Below, piece by piece: positions 29,283 through 40,300 of a stretch of 64,000 bases of DNA. The translations under genes and the position numbers were made by a program. The DNA lies in assembly GCA_965212025.1 (NCBI GenBank), contig OZ243039.1, positions 111,216 to 175,215 on the forward strand. The letters run 5' to 3'. Position 1 is the stretch's first letter. Each line of letters opens with the position of its first letter. Under the pieces are notes generated by a model. That model searched no databases and was not told the DNA's origin. It was given only the letters and a program-made list of their open reading frames with translations. The stretch is from Candidatus Oxydemutatoraceae bacterium. GTDB taxonomy: Bacteria > Pseudomonadota > Gammaproteobacteria > Poriferisulfidales > Oxydemutatoraceae.

Positions 29283-31385
29283 TCAAATACTGGCGTATTC
29301 CTGTACGCCGCCCAACCAACGCGCCACGAGCCTGGCACAGACCTCAGGATGTGACTTCAGGATTTGCTCGGCGCTGAACGGGATTTTTGCGAGCATGACG
29401 CTGTCCCAAGTGAAGTCGGCAATGCGAAAACGCATATCGCCGGTTTGACGGGTTCCGAGAAGTTCACCGGGACCACGTAGTTTCAAATCTTCCTGGGCAA
29501 TGACAAAACCGTCATGGTTCTCTTTGATGACCTGCAAGCGACGTTGTGCCCGGGCGGAAATCGACGGGGAATACAGCAACAAGCAGTAGCTGGGCAAATG
29601 GTTGCGACCTATTCTCCCGCGCAGCTGATGCAACTGCGAAAGCCCAAAATGATCCGCGTTTTCAATCACCATCAACGTGGCTCCGGGAATATCGACGCCG
29701 ACTTCCACGACAGTGGTCGCCACCAACAATTGAATTTCTCCGTCGCGAAAAGACGCCATGGTCTCCTCACGTTCTCCGGTCTGCGTTCGCCCGTGGATCA
29801 AGGCAATTTTCACCCCCTTCATTTTTTCCGAAAGAGTCTCGAAAGTCCTGTTCACCGTCTGGTAATCCAAGGTTTCCGACTCCTCAATCAGGGGGCAAAC
29901 CCAAAAGGCCTGCTGTCCGGCAAGGCAGGCCTTGTGAACCCGGTCAATCACTTCATCACGGCGACTCTCAGATACGCTCGCGGTCTTCACAGGAATTCTT
30001 CCACCCGGCATCTCATCGACGACCGAATAATCAAGGTCAGCAAAAAAAGTCATCGCCAGGCTACGCGGAATGGGCGTGGCCGTCATGATTAACTGATGCG
30101 GCACGTGATCACCACTTTGACCTTTTTCGCGGAGTGCGAAACGCTGGTGCACCCCAAAGCGATGCTGCTCATCCACCACAATGAGAGCAAGGTCATCAAA
30201 GACCACGTCGCTCTGAAACAAAGCATGGGTTCCCACGACTATCTTCGCCTTCGCCGAACGAATTTCTTCCAGCACTGATTTTTTCTCTTTGGCACCCTGC
30301 TGGCTAAATAAAACGCAGACTTCCACCCCGACCGGCTGCAGCATTTTTTTCAGATTGTCACCGTGCTGCCTGGCAAGAATCTCCGTGGGCACCATCATCG
30401 CCGCCTGAAAGCCCTGCGAGACAACGCGCAGCATGGACATCACTGCGACCAACGTTTTTCCCGAACCCACGTCTCCCTGCACCAAACGCATCATGGGACA
30501 TGGTTTGCCCAAATCCTCAACGACTTCCCCTATCACCCGGCGCTGCGCACCGGTCAAGTCAAAATCCAGCGTTCGCTCAAATCTCTCGGCCAGCACGCCG
30601 TCTCCCCCGAAAGCACGCGCCTTGCGCTGCTTCAACCGAGCACGCGATGACTTGGTGGAAACAGAAAAAGCCAACAACTCTTCGTACACCAACCGTTTGT
30701 GCGCCAAGCTTTTCCCGTCCAGCAACTCGGCAATATCAGCGTCCTCAGGTGGCAAATGAATGTAGCGAAGCGCCTGCTCCAAACTGATGTCACCGGCTTC
30801 CTTCACCAGACCTGCCGGCAAAAGCTCCTCCAATCCTTCACTGTCACCCAGCCACTTGAGTGCCTTTTTCATGATTTTCCGGATCTCATACTGGTACAGC
30901 CCGGCAGTCAAAGGATAAATCGGAACAAAGGAATCACCCGGCACCCCAGCGCTCGCCTTGCTGACAAATTCCCATTCCGGGTGGATTATTTCCAGGACGG
31001 ACGAGGTCTGGGGCCGGCGGACTTCGCCATAGCCTCTGACCACAGCGCCCTCCCTGAACATTCTCGTGTACATCGGAGAAAAATGGAAAAAACGCAAATT
31101 TATGTGCCCGCTCTCATCGGCAACCGTCACCACCAACATGCGACGGGGACGGTAAAGCTGCCTGCTGCCCATCACGACCCCCTGGAAAAACACCTCCTGC
31201 CGAGCGCGCATTGCTCCGATTGGGCACAGCTGCGAGCGATCCTGATAGCGATATGGCAAATGAAACAGCAGACTCTCGATGGAATCTATTTTCAATTTTC
31301 CGAGCTTGGCAAGAAGGCCTCCATCAACCCCCCCCAGCGTTTCCAGATTCGACGTCATTGGCGCATCATCTGAACAGCGGTCCAT
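29283..31385 (-). CDS. recG: ATP-dependent DNA helicase RecG
   Basis: A 700-aa protein with an N-terminal wedge domain and the helicase motifs GDVGSGKT, DEQHRFG, …ATPIPRS…. Confidence 0.85.
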   Translation of the reverse strand: MDRCSDDAPMTSNLETLGGVDGGLLAKLGKLKIDSIESLLFHLPYRYQDRSQLCPIGAMRARQEVFFQGVVMGSRQLYRPRRMLVVTVADESGHINLRFFHFSPMYTRMFREGAVVRGYGEVRRPQTSSVLEIIHPEWEFVSKASAGVPGDSFVPIYPLTAGLYQYEIRKIMKKALKWLGDSEGLEELLPAGLVKEAGDISLEQALRYIHLPPEDADIAELLDGKSLAHKRLVYEELLAFSVSTKSSRARLKQRKARAFGGDGVLAERFERTLDFDLTGAQRRVIGEVVEDLGKPCPMMRLVQGDVGSGKTLVAVMSMLRVVSQGFQAAMMVPTEILARQHGDNLKKMLQPVGVEVCVLFSQQGAKEKKSVLEEIRSAKAKIVVGTHALFQSDVVFDDLALIVVDEQHRFGVHQRFALREKGQSGDHVPHQLIMTATPIPRSLAMTFFADLDYSVVDEMPGGRIPVKTASVSESRRDEVIDRVHKACLAGQQAFWVCPLIEESETLDYQTVNRTFETLSEKMKGVKIALIHGRTQTGEREETMASFRDGEIQLLVATTVVEVGVDIPGATLMVIENADHFGLSQLHQLRGRIGRNHLPSYCLLLYSPSISARAQRRLQVIKENHDGFVIAQEDLKLRGPGELLGTRQTGDMRFRIADFTWDSVMLAKIPFSAEQILKSHPEVCARLVARWLGGVQEYASI

Positions 31386-31504
31386 CTCATGAAAAACGCC
31401 TGCCCACGCGGGCGACAGGAAACCTGAAACGGCTGCTTTTCCACCGGAGCTTCAGCACATTGTCATCAATCATTCTCACCACGGAAGGCTCCACCCCACT
31501 CAAA

Positions 31505-31663
31505 ACAAACTTTAGCTTGCGGTATTTTTTTCGCAAGAGTAACTAGAGTGTTGGCTCCAGCGATTCGTTTCCCGTCCGCTTGCGGCAGGGGATAAAAACC
31601 CGCTCAACTCACCGCTTTCCCACTGACGCCGCAGGCATCAGTGGGAAAGCTTGAAATCACCTG
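31505..31663. repeat. Direct repeat copy 1 (about 155 bp) containing a 13-bp-stem hairpin (gctttcccactg…cagtgggaaagc)
   Basis: It is about 93% identical to 32136-32292. Together they flank an AT-rich insert. Confidence 0.8.
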
Positions 31664-31708
31664 ACGCGTTAGCCGTCGCCTGGAACGACTTGTTAGGTGT
31701 TTTCATTA

Positions 31709-32059
31709 TTAATCGCATTTTTTTGTTTTACTGGCTTCTTTCAAAGCGTTATATTCACCTTTAACTTTCGCTAGTTTTTCTACTTCTGATTTATTATCGT
31801 CAATCACAAAATATGATGGCCAAAATAACCAACCAAATGCTAATTTGGTATTTTGAGATTTTGCTTTGGAGTCTACATTGCCAGCCATTAATGAGGCTCT
31901 TTGTTCCACAATATGTAATTCGTTTTTAAGTTCTGAACACGATCTTTTGTCATATTTGAATGAGCTTATATATTCTGGTTGGACTTGTGTTGACGTTGTA
32001 TTACACCCTGTTAATATCAATGTGAATAATATTATCCCACTTATTATTGTTGAGTTCAA
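31709..32059 (-). CDS. Predicted lipoprotein (lipobox LILTGC) encoded in an AT-rich islet. A TTG start is proposed
   Basis: …LNSTIISGIILFTLILTGC|NTTSTQ… GGAGA lies 8 nt upstream of the TTG. Local GC is much lower than in flanking genes. Confidence 0.45.
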   Translation of the reverse strand: MNSTIISGIILFTLILTGCNTTSTQVQPEYISSFKYDKRSCSELKNELHIVEQRASLMAGNVDSKAKSQNTKLAFGWLFWPSYFVIDDNKSEVEKLAKVKGEYNALKEASKTKKCD

Positions 32060-32135
32060 TTTTTTATCTCCATTTCTTTTGTTTACGAAAAATAGAAAGG
32101 ATGAGTTGAACGACACTCTAAAGAAAAAAGTAAAG

Positions 32136-32292
32136 CAAACTTTAGTTTGCGGTATTTTTTCGCAAGAGTGACTGGAGTGTTGGCTCCAGCGATTCGTTTC
32201 CCGTCCGCTTGCGGCAGGGAATAAAAACTCGCTCAACTCACCGCTTTCCCACTGGCGCAGCGGGCGACAGTGGGAAAGCTTGAAGTCACCTG
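32136..32292. repeat. Direct repeat copy 2 (about 155 bp). It is the partner of 31505-31663
   Basis: The sequence is the same except for a few substitutions, including in the hairpin loop (ggcgcagcgggcgac versus gacgccgcaggcatc). Confidence 0.8.
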
Positions 32293-32681
32293 TCCCACAA
32301 GCGGCAGGTGGAGTGATTTGTCAGCTTACTGCTTCCTCAACCAATCTACTACAACTTCTCCTGATTTTTCAGACACTTCAAAATGTGTTGTTTCAATAAT
32401 TTTCCATTGATTGTTTGAGCTTGTTGGCACATGGGAGAAATCATAACCTTTGTTCTTGTGTTGTTTTTTACGTGTCGCCCGGACAATCCGGGACACAGGA
32501 CTCATCCAACGGCTATCCGCCATATTCCACAAACTTTCTCAATCGCAAAAATAACACAATTTTAGAGGCTGTTTGCCTGAGCTTTCGGCGAATGGCACGC
32601 TTCAGGCAAACCCACGCCGGGAAAAACACCCCTGACCGGAAACATCTGCCGCAACCCAGTCACACATTGGACAGGCGTAGC

Positions 32682-33821
32682 CTAGCGTATACGAATGTAG
32701 GCGCCATTTTTACACGCCAGAAAGCCACTCAGCTCCAGTCCCAGAAGCAGGGATGACACCTCGGACACCTCCAGTCCGGACGTTTCCACCAAGGCATCCA
32801 CAAAAATTCCCTCGTCATGGGATATAGACTGAAGCAAATTCTCCTGCGCCCGACTGAGCTCCTGGTATTCACCGGCAACATGACTTTGTTCACGCTGTTG
32901 GTGTGCCTGACCCTCTACCGCCCGCGCTGGTGTCATCCCGGACTTTTCGCAGACAGACGGCAGTTCATCCAGCACATCCTGCGCGGACTGCACAAGCTTG
33001 GCACCCTCCTGTATCAACTTGTGACACCCCGACGCCATGGGATTGATGATTGACCCAGGCACGGCAAACACCTCCCTGCCCTGTTCTCCGGCGAGCCGAG
33101 CCGTAATCAGGGAGCCACTGCGCTTTTCCGCCTCAATGACCAATACACCCAGCGAAATACCACTCATCAGACGGTTACGGCGGGGGAAGTTCTTTCTGTG
33201 AGGGGCGACACCGCAGGGAAATTCAGAGATCAAAGCTCCGTTTGACACGATTTGACGCGCCAAACCCCAATGCCGTGCGGGATAGACCGTTTCCAACCCG
33301 GTGCCCGCCACTGCAACGGTTGTACCACCAGCACCCAGAGCCGCCCGATGGGCTACAGCGTCAATCCCCAACGCCAGCCCGCTGGTAATCGTCAGACCAG
33401 ATTTGGCAAGCTCCTGCGTCAGCTCTCTGGCGTTGCGCTCACCACCCGGCGAAGGATGACGCGAACCCACAACCGCAAGTTGCGGACGATTCAGAAGCGA
33501 TACGTCTCCGACCGCGTACAAGACAAGCGGGGGATCGGAAATTTCCCGCAACAGCCTTGGATAGCACTCGTGACTATGGGGCAACAAGTGATGATTTCTG
33601 CACTGCAACCAGCCCAAATCCCTGGACAGAGAGTCGGGATCCACAGCGTTCAGGCACTTGAGCACTTCATCTTTGAAACCGGCCGAACGTAGCTGCCCAG
33701 CACTCGCCGCGAGCACTGCCTGAGCATCGCCGAAGGCTTCAAGCAGGCGTATGGCAGTCACGCAACCAATACCCGGAGCGTGATGCAGGCGCAACCAGGC
33801 TATGGCATCGTCAGGAAGCAC
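32682..33821 (-). CDS. dprA: DNA-processing protein DprA (Smf)
   Basis: Rossmann-like core GIDAVAHRAALGAGGTTVAVAGTGLETVYP… The length of 379 aa fits DprA. Confidence 0.8.
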   Translation of the reverse strand: MLPDDAIAWLRLHHAPGIGCVTAIRLLEAFGDAQAVLAASAGQLRSAGFKDEVLKCLNAVDPDSLSRDLGWLQCRNHHLLPHSHECYPRLLREISDPPLVLYAVGDVSLLNRPQLAVVGSRHPSPGGERNARELTQELAKSGLTITSGLALGIDAVAHRAALGAGGTTVAVAGTGLETVYPARHWGLARQIVSNGALISEFPCGVAPHRKNFPRRNRLMSGISLGVLVIEAEKRSGSLITARLAGEQGREVFAVPGSIINPMASGCHKLIQEGAKLVQSAQDVLDELPSVCEKSGMTPARAVEGQAHQQREQSHVAGEYQELSRAQENLLQSISHDEGIFVDALVETSGLEVSEVSSLLLGLELSGFLACKNGAYIRIR

Positions 33822-33946
33822 GCGCGTATCCCCTTACTCTGGTAGTCGCGCCCGGGAGCGGCGCAAACGTGTAAACAAGCCCAAAACATAGCATCACCAG
33901 AGAATTTGGCGTTATACTGCTGGCAGTTCCACGAAGAGAAACCCAG

Positions 33947-34492
33947 ATGGCTAAATTGGAAATACTCATTTTCCCGGACACAAGACTGCGGAAAAAGGCC
34001 GTACCAGTTGAGTGCATAGACGACAAAGTGCGCCAGATGGCAGATGACATGCTGGAAACCATGTACCACCACGAAGGAATCGGGCTTGCAGCGGTACAAG
34101 TCAATATCCAGCAAGCGTTGGTCGTGATGGACTTATCAGACCGGAAAAATGACCCCAAACAACTGATAAACCCTGTGCTAAAGCACGCCGAAGGGGAAAT
34201 CATCATGGCAGAGGGCTGCCTGTCTGTTCCGGAATTTCAAGCCGACGTCAAGCGCGCAGAACATATCGTCGTCAACGCCCTCGATGTCAACGGCGAACCC
34301 ATTGAGCTGGAAGCCAGCGGCCTGGCTGCGATCTGCCTGCAACACGAAATGGATCACCTGAACGGAAAGCTCTTTGTCGATTACCTGTCTCCCCTGAAAC
34401 GCTTTCGTCTGATGGAAAAGCTCAAAAAAGAAAACCTCGGGCGCCTGAAAAGCCAGCCAAACGCCAACAGAGACGTGCTTTCCCAGACTTAG
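33947..34492 (+). CDS. def: Peptide deformylase
   Basis: The motifs [17 protein letters not shown] and HEMDHLNG are present. Confidence 0.9.
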   Translation: MAKLEILIFPDTRLRKKAVPVECIDDKVRQMADDMLETMYHHEGIGLAAVQVNIQQALVVMDLSDRKNDPKQLINPVLKHAEGEIIMAEGCLSVPEFQADVKRAEHIVVNALDVNGEPIELEASGLAAICLQHEMDHLNGKLFVDYLSPLKRFRLMEKLKKENLGRLKSQPNANRDVLSQT

Positions 34493-34539
34493 GGACAAGC
34501 AGCCAAGCAGCCAAACAGCCAGGACACCAGAGACATTCT

Positions 34540-35541
34540 GTGTTGCGCGTTCTTTTCGCCGGCAGCACACCGCAGGCAAAAACTGTTTTGCAGTACCTCC
34601 TGGAAAGGCAGGACACCCGATACCGCATCTGCGGGGTTTATACCCGACCAGACCGAGCCAGCGGCCGCCGGCTACGAATCCATAAGGCACCAACCGCCAC
34701 TTTGGCAGAGGAACACCAACTTCCCGTCGAGAAGCCTGACACCTGGACTCCCAAAGCACAACAGTGCCTGGCGGGTTTTTTCGCAGACCTCTTCATCGTA
34801 GTCGCCTACGGGGCTTTGCTCCCCCGCACCATACTCGACACGCCAAAACTCGGCTGCGTGAACATCCACTACTCTCTGTTGCCACGCTGGCGGGGAGCCG
34901 CGCCCGTTGAACGCGCCATTCTTGCCGGAGACCGACAGACCGGAATCAGTCTGATACGCATGGCGGAAGCCCTGGACGAAGGCGATATCATCACCGCTCA
35001 CCCACTGACAATCCACAAGACCGCCACAGCCGGCGAACTGAAAGAGCAACTCACCACCATCGCATGCAAATTGCTGGATCAATTCCTTGCCGAACCAGAC
35101 ACGGCACTGCAAAAAGCGCAAACACAGGCGAGAGAAGGAGCCACATACGCTACAAAAGTGCGCAAGGCAGAAACCTTGATAGACTGGAAGAACAGCAGTG
35201 CCGAACAGGTAGTCCGCCAGGTCAATGCCTTTAATCCCCGCCCGATGGCACACACCATTATCGCCGGCAAAAATGCACGCGCTTCGGACGGAGCTGCCAC
35301 AGCCTGTCTACATCTGCACTGTCCGGAGACGGTCAACCCGGGTGACACACGCATTAACATACTGCGTGCCAGCGTTGCCGAAAAAAAGCACCCACACACC
35401 GTTTCCGGACACATGAGGAAAGACCACAGGCGACTGCTGGTTTCCTGCCAAACCGGCACTGTGGAAATTCATGAACTGCAGCCACAAGGGCGCAAAGCCA
35501 TGAAAGCCATCGATTTCATCAACGGCTTCCTTCCTTCCTGA
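34540..35541 (+). CDS. fmt: Methionyl-tRNA formyltransferase
   Basis: The N-terminal formyltransferase domain (…NIHYSLLPRWRGAAPVERAI…) plus a C-terminal domain. It lies immediately after def. Confidence 0.85.
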   Translation: MLRVLFAGSTPQAKTVLQYLLERQDTRYRICGVYTRPDRASGRRLRIHKAPTATLAEEHQLPVEKPDTWTPKAQQCLAGFFADLFIVVAYGALLPRTILDTPKLGCVNIHYSLLPRWRGAAPVERAILAGDRQTGISLIRMAEALDEGDIITAHPLTIHKTATAGELKEQLTTIACKLLDQFLAEPDTALQKAQTQAREGATYATKVRKAETLIDWKNSSAEQVVRQVNAFNPRPMAHTIIAGKNARASDGAATACLHLHCPETVNPGDTRINILRASVAEKKHPHTVSGHMRKDHRRLLVSCQTGTVEIHELQPQGRKAMKAIDFINGFLPS

Positions 35542-35545
35542 AAGC

Positions 35546-36130
35546 ACCCGGCACACCCACGCGTCCCTACCTGCACAGCTCAAAGCCAGGACGAACCACA
35601 CAAAGGCATGGCATGACAAGGAACCAGGAATCACAAAGGGAAGTAACCCTGGTCAGAGCACTGCCGACAGACTGAATGTTCGCGCCTTGCCACCCCCCAC
35701 CCATGGCGTGGCACACTCAAAGCCAGGACGAACCACAGAAGGCATGGCATGACAAGGAACCAGGAATCACAAAGGGAAGTACCCTGGTCAGAGCACTGCC
35801 GACAGACTGAATGTTCGCGCCACCCCCCACCCATGGCGTGGCACACTCAAAGCCAGGACGAACCACACAAAGGCATGGCATGACAAGGAACCAGGAATCA
35901 CAAAGGGAAGTAACCCTGGTCAGAGCACTGCCGACAGACTGAATGTTCGCGGCACACCCACGCGTCCCTACCTGCACAGCTCAAAGCCAGGACGAACCAC
36001 AGAAGGCATGGCATGACAAGGAACCAGGAATCACAAAGGGAAGTACCCTGGTCAGAGCACTGCCGACAGACTGAATGTTCGCGCCTTGCCACCCCCACCC
36101 ATGGCGTGGCACAAAGAACCCATCTGTCCG
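35546..36130. repeat. Tandem repeat, unit about 130-136 bp, about 4.5 copies. It is non-coding
   Basis: The unit is ctcaaagccaggacgaaccaca.aaggcatggcatgacaaggaaccaggaatcacaaagggaagtaaccctggtcagagcactgccgacagactgaatgttcgcg…ccatggcgtggcaca, starting at 35579, 35715, 35845 and 35979. Confidence 0.85.
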
Positions 36131-36219
36131 CCAACAGGCAAGACCGGGAACGCATTCAAAAGGAACCCCTGACGGTACAGGAGCGAAAAACACGTCGGGA
36201 CAGTTAGACAGCTGACGCT

Positions 36220-36966
36220 TTATTGTCGGGCAAGCGGACCAGACAGCTTCTCCAGGTACATTTCGTACTTGACCTCTCCGTTGACGATTTTTTCACCCCT
36301 CACCGGCAAATAATCGTATCTCGGACTCGTCCAGAACCGGTAGTCTGTTTTTCCTCCCCTGCGCCGTTCCAGGATTAATGTCCGCAACGGACCGAGAACC
36401 GTATCGATTTCTTCCTCACCGACAACCTCGTAACGGTGGTCTTTCAGTTTTCCCCTGCTGACAACCCGGTAATCCCACGGCCCCGATTCCCCACCCTTCA
36501 TGTCCGCCATAATCTGCGCCTGCATGGCTATCTCATCCAACGTTCCGGCAGACACCGGAAACTCATCCTGCCTTCCCCGGTAGACGACCGAAACCTGACT
36601 CTTTTCCCAGTCGAAAAAAAGCTCCTCCCTGATATCCTTCCCGATCTTTGCCACGTAGTTCAAGGGCACAATGCGGGCATCAAGCCACCGCATGTTCCCC
36701 ACCTTCATTTCCGAAGGTACAAACAGGGAAAAAAGACCCGAAGGAACAAGCTTGCGCGTCATCACATGCCCATTTTCAGAGCGAACAAGGCTCAGCTCCA
36801 GATCGGCACCGTAGAGGGCTGCCGTTACCCGGTAAGAAGCCATGAAATCAGCCAGGGGAAAGTCGCGACTGCCAGCGTAACCGGGAAGTGTACAAAGCCC
36901 TGCCCAAAGCAGGGCAAGGGCAAAAGCAATGGAGCGTATGCTCCGTGGCAAGCGCCTGTTTCTCAT
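36220..36966 (-). CDS. Secreted hypothetical protein (DUF3108-like)
   Basis: The signal peptide is MRNRRLPRSIRSIAFALALLWAGLCTLPGYA. The DUF3108 assignment is from memory and is tentative. Confidence 0.4.
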   Translation of the reverse strand: MRNRRLPRSIRSIAFALALLWAGLCTLPGYAGSRDFPLADFMASYRVTAALYGADLELSLVRSENGHVMTRKLVPSGLFSLFVPSEMKVGNMRWLDARIVPLNYVAKIGKDIREELFFDWEKSQVSVVYRGRQDEFPVSAGTLDEIAMQAQIMADMKGGESGPWDYRVVSRGKLKDHRYEVVGEEEIDTVLGPLRTLILERRRGGKTDYRFWTSPRYDYLPVRGEKIVNGEVKYEMYLEKLSGPLARQ

Positions 36967-37367
36967 CACCTGTCTGGAAAACATCAGAACCCTGTGCGTG
37001 GTATTTAGTTCCGGAAGACACACCCACGTCTCCCCGAAAGACTGGCAGTGATAACACACGGGCGAGCTGATGGCAAGGAATGCCGGCAAACTCCCCGGCA
37101 CACACGTCTCACGCTGCTGCCTGGAGGCTTATCAGTTCTGAAGGATGGCTCCGACTACGACAACACCCTCAGCTTCCACGGGATGATCCCCTGCTTGCTT
37201 TCCATCGACCAATAGATACAGCACAATGCCGTGATCACTCATGGTATTGGGCACCCAAATACCAGCAACGAAGCGGAGACTGTCAGGCTTCCAATACCTT
37301 CTGTCAGCTTCTGACCCAACAAGCCTATCAGGTTCAATAACGCGACCTGCATGGATGGCCGAACCTC

Positions 37368-40300
37368 CTACCGTACTGCACCTCCTAAATACACCCTCAC
37401 ACGCAGCGACATCGCGGAGAAGATGTCTCCTCCTGCAAGCCGTAATGTTGGCAGCTCATCGTCTCTGCCAAAATTCCAAACCCCTTCGCTCCATCCGGCG
37501 TATGTGACAGCCGGCAATCCACACGTCCCGCCAGCCGCTGCGCCAAGTGCGGTCGGACAGGCAAGCTGCTCAGAAGTACGTATCTCGCCCCAACTATTTT
37601 CCTGACCTGTGTATGTGTGGTAGCTGCTAGCAATGCTGTCTTCGCCACCTTCGCTAAAGCCCACGAGACCACCAATTCTGGTGGTTGTCCCTGTTACTGT
37701 GCTAACTGTGCTAACTGCGTAGGTGTTACTGATGATGCTGCCGATTCCATGGAACCCTACGAGACCGCCAACATTTTTCACCCCTGAAACGGAACCCGTC
37801 GCATAGCTATCTGTGACGCTTGATGCGGCTTGGTATCCCACGAGACCACCAACGTTGTTTCCCCCTTCTACTCTGCTGTCTGCATGGCTTCGGCTGATGC
37901 TGGCACCCTCTTTATTTCTTCCCACGAGACCGCCAACATCATTTACTCCTGTTACCGTACTGGCCGCATAGCTGTTGCTGATGGAACCAAGGCTCTCTCC
38001 CACGAGACCGCCAACGAGGTCAGTGCCTGTTACCGTACTGGCCGCATAGCTTCGGCTGATGCTGGCACCCTCACCATTATTTCCCGCGAGACCGCCAACA
38101 TTATCGCTTCCACCAGAAACTGAGCCTGTCGCATAGCTGTTGCTGATGAAGCCATGGCTGCCGCCCACAAGGCCGCCAACGTTATCGCCGCTTCCAGAAA
38201 CTGAGCCCGTCACGTAGCTGTTGTTGATGAAGCCATGGTTGCTGCCTACGAGACCGCCAACATTTTTCACCCCTGAAACGGAACCCGTCGCATAGCTATC
38301 TGTGACGCTTGATGCGGCTTGGTATCCCACGAGACCGCCAACGTTGTTTCCCCCTTCTACTCTGCTGTCTGCATGGCTTCGGCTGATGCTGGCACCCTCT
38401 TTATTTCTTCCCACGAGACCGCCAACATCATTTATTCCTGTTACCGTACTGGCCGCATAGCTGTTGCTGATGGAACCAAGGCTCTCTCCCACGAGACCGC
38501 CAACGAGGTCAGTGCCTGTTACCGTACTGGCCGCATAGCTTCGGCTGATGCTGGCACCCTCACCATTATTTCCCGCGAGACCGCCAACATTATCGCTTCC
38601 ACCAGAAACTGAGCCTGTCGCATAGCTGTTGCTGATGAAGCCATGGCTGCCGCCCACAAGGCCGCCAACGTTATCGCCGCTTCCAGAAACTGAGCCCGTC
38701 ACGTAGCTGTTGTTGATGAAGCCATGGTTGCTGCCCACGAGACCGCCAACATTTTTCACCCCTGAAACGGAACCCGTCGCTGAGCATCCCTCTATCACAC
38801 CTAAGCTGTAACCAACCAGTAACCCTACGCCATTAAGCCCGGTCATACGCGAACCGACCAGTATGACGTCCCGTATGGTCGCACCTTCTGCCAATACGGA
38901 GAACAGACCTACGTTGCTTTCGGTGCTGCGGCTGATCGTCAGCGAACTGATCACGTAGTTGCTCTCGTTCACGAAAGAGCCCGAAAAACTTGCGATCGGC
39001 TCAAAACCTGCACCCTCGTTCCAATCCTTGGTCTCACTGGCATCAATGGTTTTCACCAGCCCGTAATACGCACCCGGGTTCGATCTCACATCCTGCAGCT
39101 GACAGAGCCTTTTGATCTGGTAGGGATCCTCTTGTGTCCCCATACCCTTCTGCCCTGCCACCAAGTCCACACCCAGCTCCGGAGAGCACACCGTTTTGAT
39201 GGTGACGGTGAACGTGGTCCTTTCACCAGCAGGACTTGCAACTTCCAGCACAAAGCTACCCACAGGGTCAAGCGAACTGCGGCGCACCTCCACCTTAACA
39301 GTGCCTCCCTTTGTCGTACCGCTGAACACCACAGTCGAACCCTCTGCTATGCCATCCCTGCTGAAAAAATCCCACGATAAACCGGCACCGCCAGAGTCAG
39401 GACTATCGGGGTCGGTTGCGCTAAATTTTAGAGTGGCACTGGACGAACTATCCTGTATCGTTCTGGTCTGCTCCCTTCCACCAACCACCATCGGGCGCGG
39501 GTTCCCAACCAAAACCGGAAGCCGGTCAACATTGTCAAAAATACTGTTCGTGAGCTCAACATCAAAGCTCTCGCCAGCCAACCCAGCCAGCCCCCCATTG
39601 CCCACTATCACAAGCGTTACAACAGAGCCATTTACCTCTGTGCCGGTTGTGTCCTTCGCAGGGTCAACAAAGTAGACCAAATGATGCAGCAAGGGCGGCA
39701 CGCCGGAAAGAGACCACGTGAAAGTGACTGATTCTCCAGGAGGACCCGGGTAATCTGCCTCCAAGGTAAGACGCGCAGTGCCCGTAGAATCCATCCTCAC
39801 CACCAACTTGGCGGAACCTTTGATATACGGCTTCCGGTTCAACTCCGAATTCCGGTTGCCAAACAGTTGCGGCAAGTCCGTAGCGCTGCCAAAGTCCCAA
39901 ACACCCGTGTCCCAATCCCTGTAAGTCCTTTCGCCTGAATCCGACAGACTACAGGTCGCGCTGGCCGCCGTCGGACAACGCAACTGCGCAAAGATGTGTT
40001 CTTCCCCCAAGCCATTGTTTCGTCCTATGGCAGCATAATAACTGTTAGTGATGGAGGGGTCTAAACTCTCGCTGCCCACAAGACCGCCAATTCCGTCACC
40101 GGTTCCGGAAACCAAACCCGTAGCGTAGCTGTTGTTGATGGCACTGAAGGAATGGGTAATCCGACCTATAAAGCCACCAACATCACTCTCCCCGGAAACC
40201 GAACCCGTCGCATAGCTGTTGTTGATGGCAGCACTCAAGGTGTAGCCCATAAAGCCACCAACATTGGATTTCCCTGTTACCATGCTGGCAGAATAGCTGT

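Noticed and set aside
35631-36193. Several minus-strand ORFs of 70-86 aa with near-identical sequences
   Set aside because: They lie wholly inside the ~133-bp tandem repeat and are simply the repeat read through. The variable period breaks the frame.
37830-38612. Identical 97-aa + strand ORFs (37830..38123, 38319..38612) and other antisense ORFs inside the giant repeat-protein genes
   Set aside because: They are antisense readings of the GGLVG-repeat coding DNA. Their identity just reflects the 489-bp duplication.
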